DNA of 63,960 nucleotides, counting the filler, from Reclinomonas americana ATCC 50394 (Eukaryota): NCBI GenBank assembly GCA_048213135.1. It is 14 parts of 14 records of this genome, joined end to end, with 100 filler letters (N's around TTAATTAATTAA, not from the genome) between each part and the next. Parts side by side here need not be neighbours in the genome. Positions count along the whole stretch, not along the records: positions 50,391 to 63,960 come from AFZH01019737.1; 13 more parts are not named here. One strand, written 5' to 3'. Below the pieces are notes generated by a model. That model was given only the letters and a program-made list of their open reading frames with translations. It was not told the origin of the DNA and ran no database searches. Of the stretch, positions 62,852 through 63,960 are shown piece by piece (position 1 is the first letter of the stretch; every line of letters begins with the position of its first letter). The position numbers and the translations under genes are program-made.

Positions 62852-63960
62852 CCCTTAGTCCCGCCATCCTAAAATCCGTAAACAGAGACCGCTCTACCAC
62901 TCAAAACCCACAGTCTCCACGCCAACACTCCACGCTCCCACCGACATGTTCACGCCGTCACCGTCAGTTGCCCACGTTTACGACCACTGAAGGGGCCATG
63001 TCGGTGTGCACAGGTCCATCGCCACCGTCAAATTCCTCGGTGAGCCTCTCTTGAGGCCTGTCTGCCTCTCGGCCTCTTGTGCTTCAGAGAGAAGCACATC
63101 CTGCTGCTCTTCGTTTCCAAGCACTGAGCCCAGACACTGCGCCGCCTCCGGGTCGCTCAGATCCGTGTCGGAATCCCACTCGTCCTCTCCCGCACGGAAG
63201 TAATGGTGCAGCATAGTCGACCTGCCTGCAAAGCGTCACACCGCGCCACGCGTTGGACGAGATGTTGGTCTTGGTGACAGTGGTGGGGCCAGCGTCGCCG
63301 ACCAAGAACGCGCGGTAGGCAGTGGTGCTGGTGGCGAGGTTGGACGTCTGCAGCACAGTGAGCGAGATGTTGATGTCCTGGAAGGTGCTGGCGCTGGTGC
63401 CGACGGCAGAGTTGGAAGAGAGTATATCTCTGTGTGTGTCTGTGTGCGAGACACACACGCACACACTCACACTCACACATACCACAGCTGGAAAGAGAAC
63501 GCCGCACCAAGGACATGCCTGAGGAATGATGAAAGAGTGTCGACTTCGACCGCGGCCGCGAACTACACGGCCCAGTGCGTCCAAACCGCCCGACGTTGGG
63601 AAGAGTTTCACCAACCGTTGGCCGACTGACTCCCGATTCCTGGGCGCCTCATGTCCTGTATAAGGCAGAAATCTCGGTAAATCGTCGGCAAATCTCACAT
63701 AGACGTCGATACGACAGCGTTCGTGCAAAATTAGTTGACAATGTTATCCCGACATGTACCTGATTTAGCTCCCTCGTTGCGACGTTTTGCCCAGATCTCT
63801 GGTGAAAACGTTTGCCAGCGTTGGCTGCTGCCGACAATCGTTTGGACGACGACTGCATGAATCAGTTGCAATCGTCGGGCCGGTTATATCGCCAAATCCC
63901 GCGCCCCCCGCTGCACCAGCCCTCCCGACACCGCCACAATCCGCAAGCAAGTGCTGCATC

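Noticed and set aside
61133..63959. Several 100-270 aa ORFs on both strands at the window end
   Set aside because: No recognisable domain motifs were seen. A Ser/Thr-rich minus-strand exon-like piece at about 63230-63420 is too fragmentary to call.

Overview
This is eukaryotic genomic DNA from an intron-rich, flagellated protist, not a prokaryote. It consists of 14 contig pieces joined by 13 artificial 100-nt linkers (N44-TTAATTAATTAA-N44). Several genes run across the linkers, so the pieces are ordered scaffold segments. Host genes, all spliced: WDR19/IFT144, WRAP53/TCAB1, two tandem nicotinamide-riboside-kinase-like genes, a polycystin-1/REJ-like receptor, an NB-ARC/STAND NTPase, a GT54-like glycosyltransferase, SAS-4/CENPJ, Ran, an FkbM-like methyltransferase, a multi-TM receptor kinase, LanC-like, TMEM260, Rab34/36, NDUFB2, a small membrane protein, a divergent actin and a 2OG-Fe(II) dioxygenase. 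Three mobile or accessory items stand out. (1) An intron-containing, degenerate Fanzor/TnpB-like nuclease gene lies at about 48.2-49.2 kb (minus strand). (2) A DIRS-type tyrosine-recombinase retrotransposon at 52.1-56.6 kb has a recombinase ORF that overprints the whole RT-RNaseH-methyltransferase ORF, no visible gag, and split direct repeats. (3) There are also LTR-like, MITE-like and WD40 pseudogene remnants. All calls come from motif recognition by eye; no database searches were run and exon boundaries are approximate.
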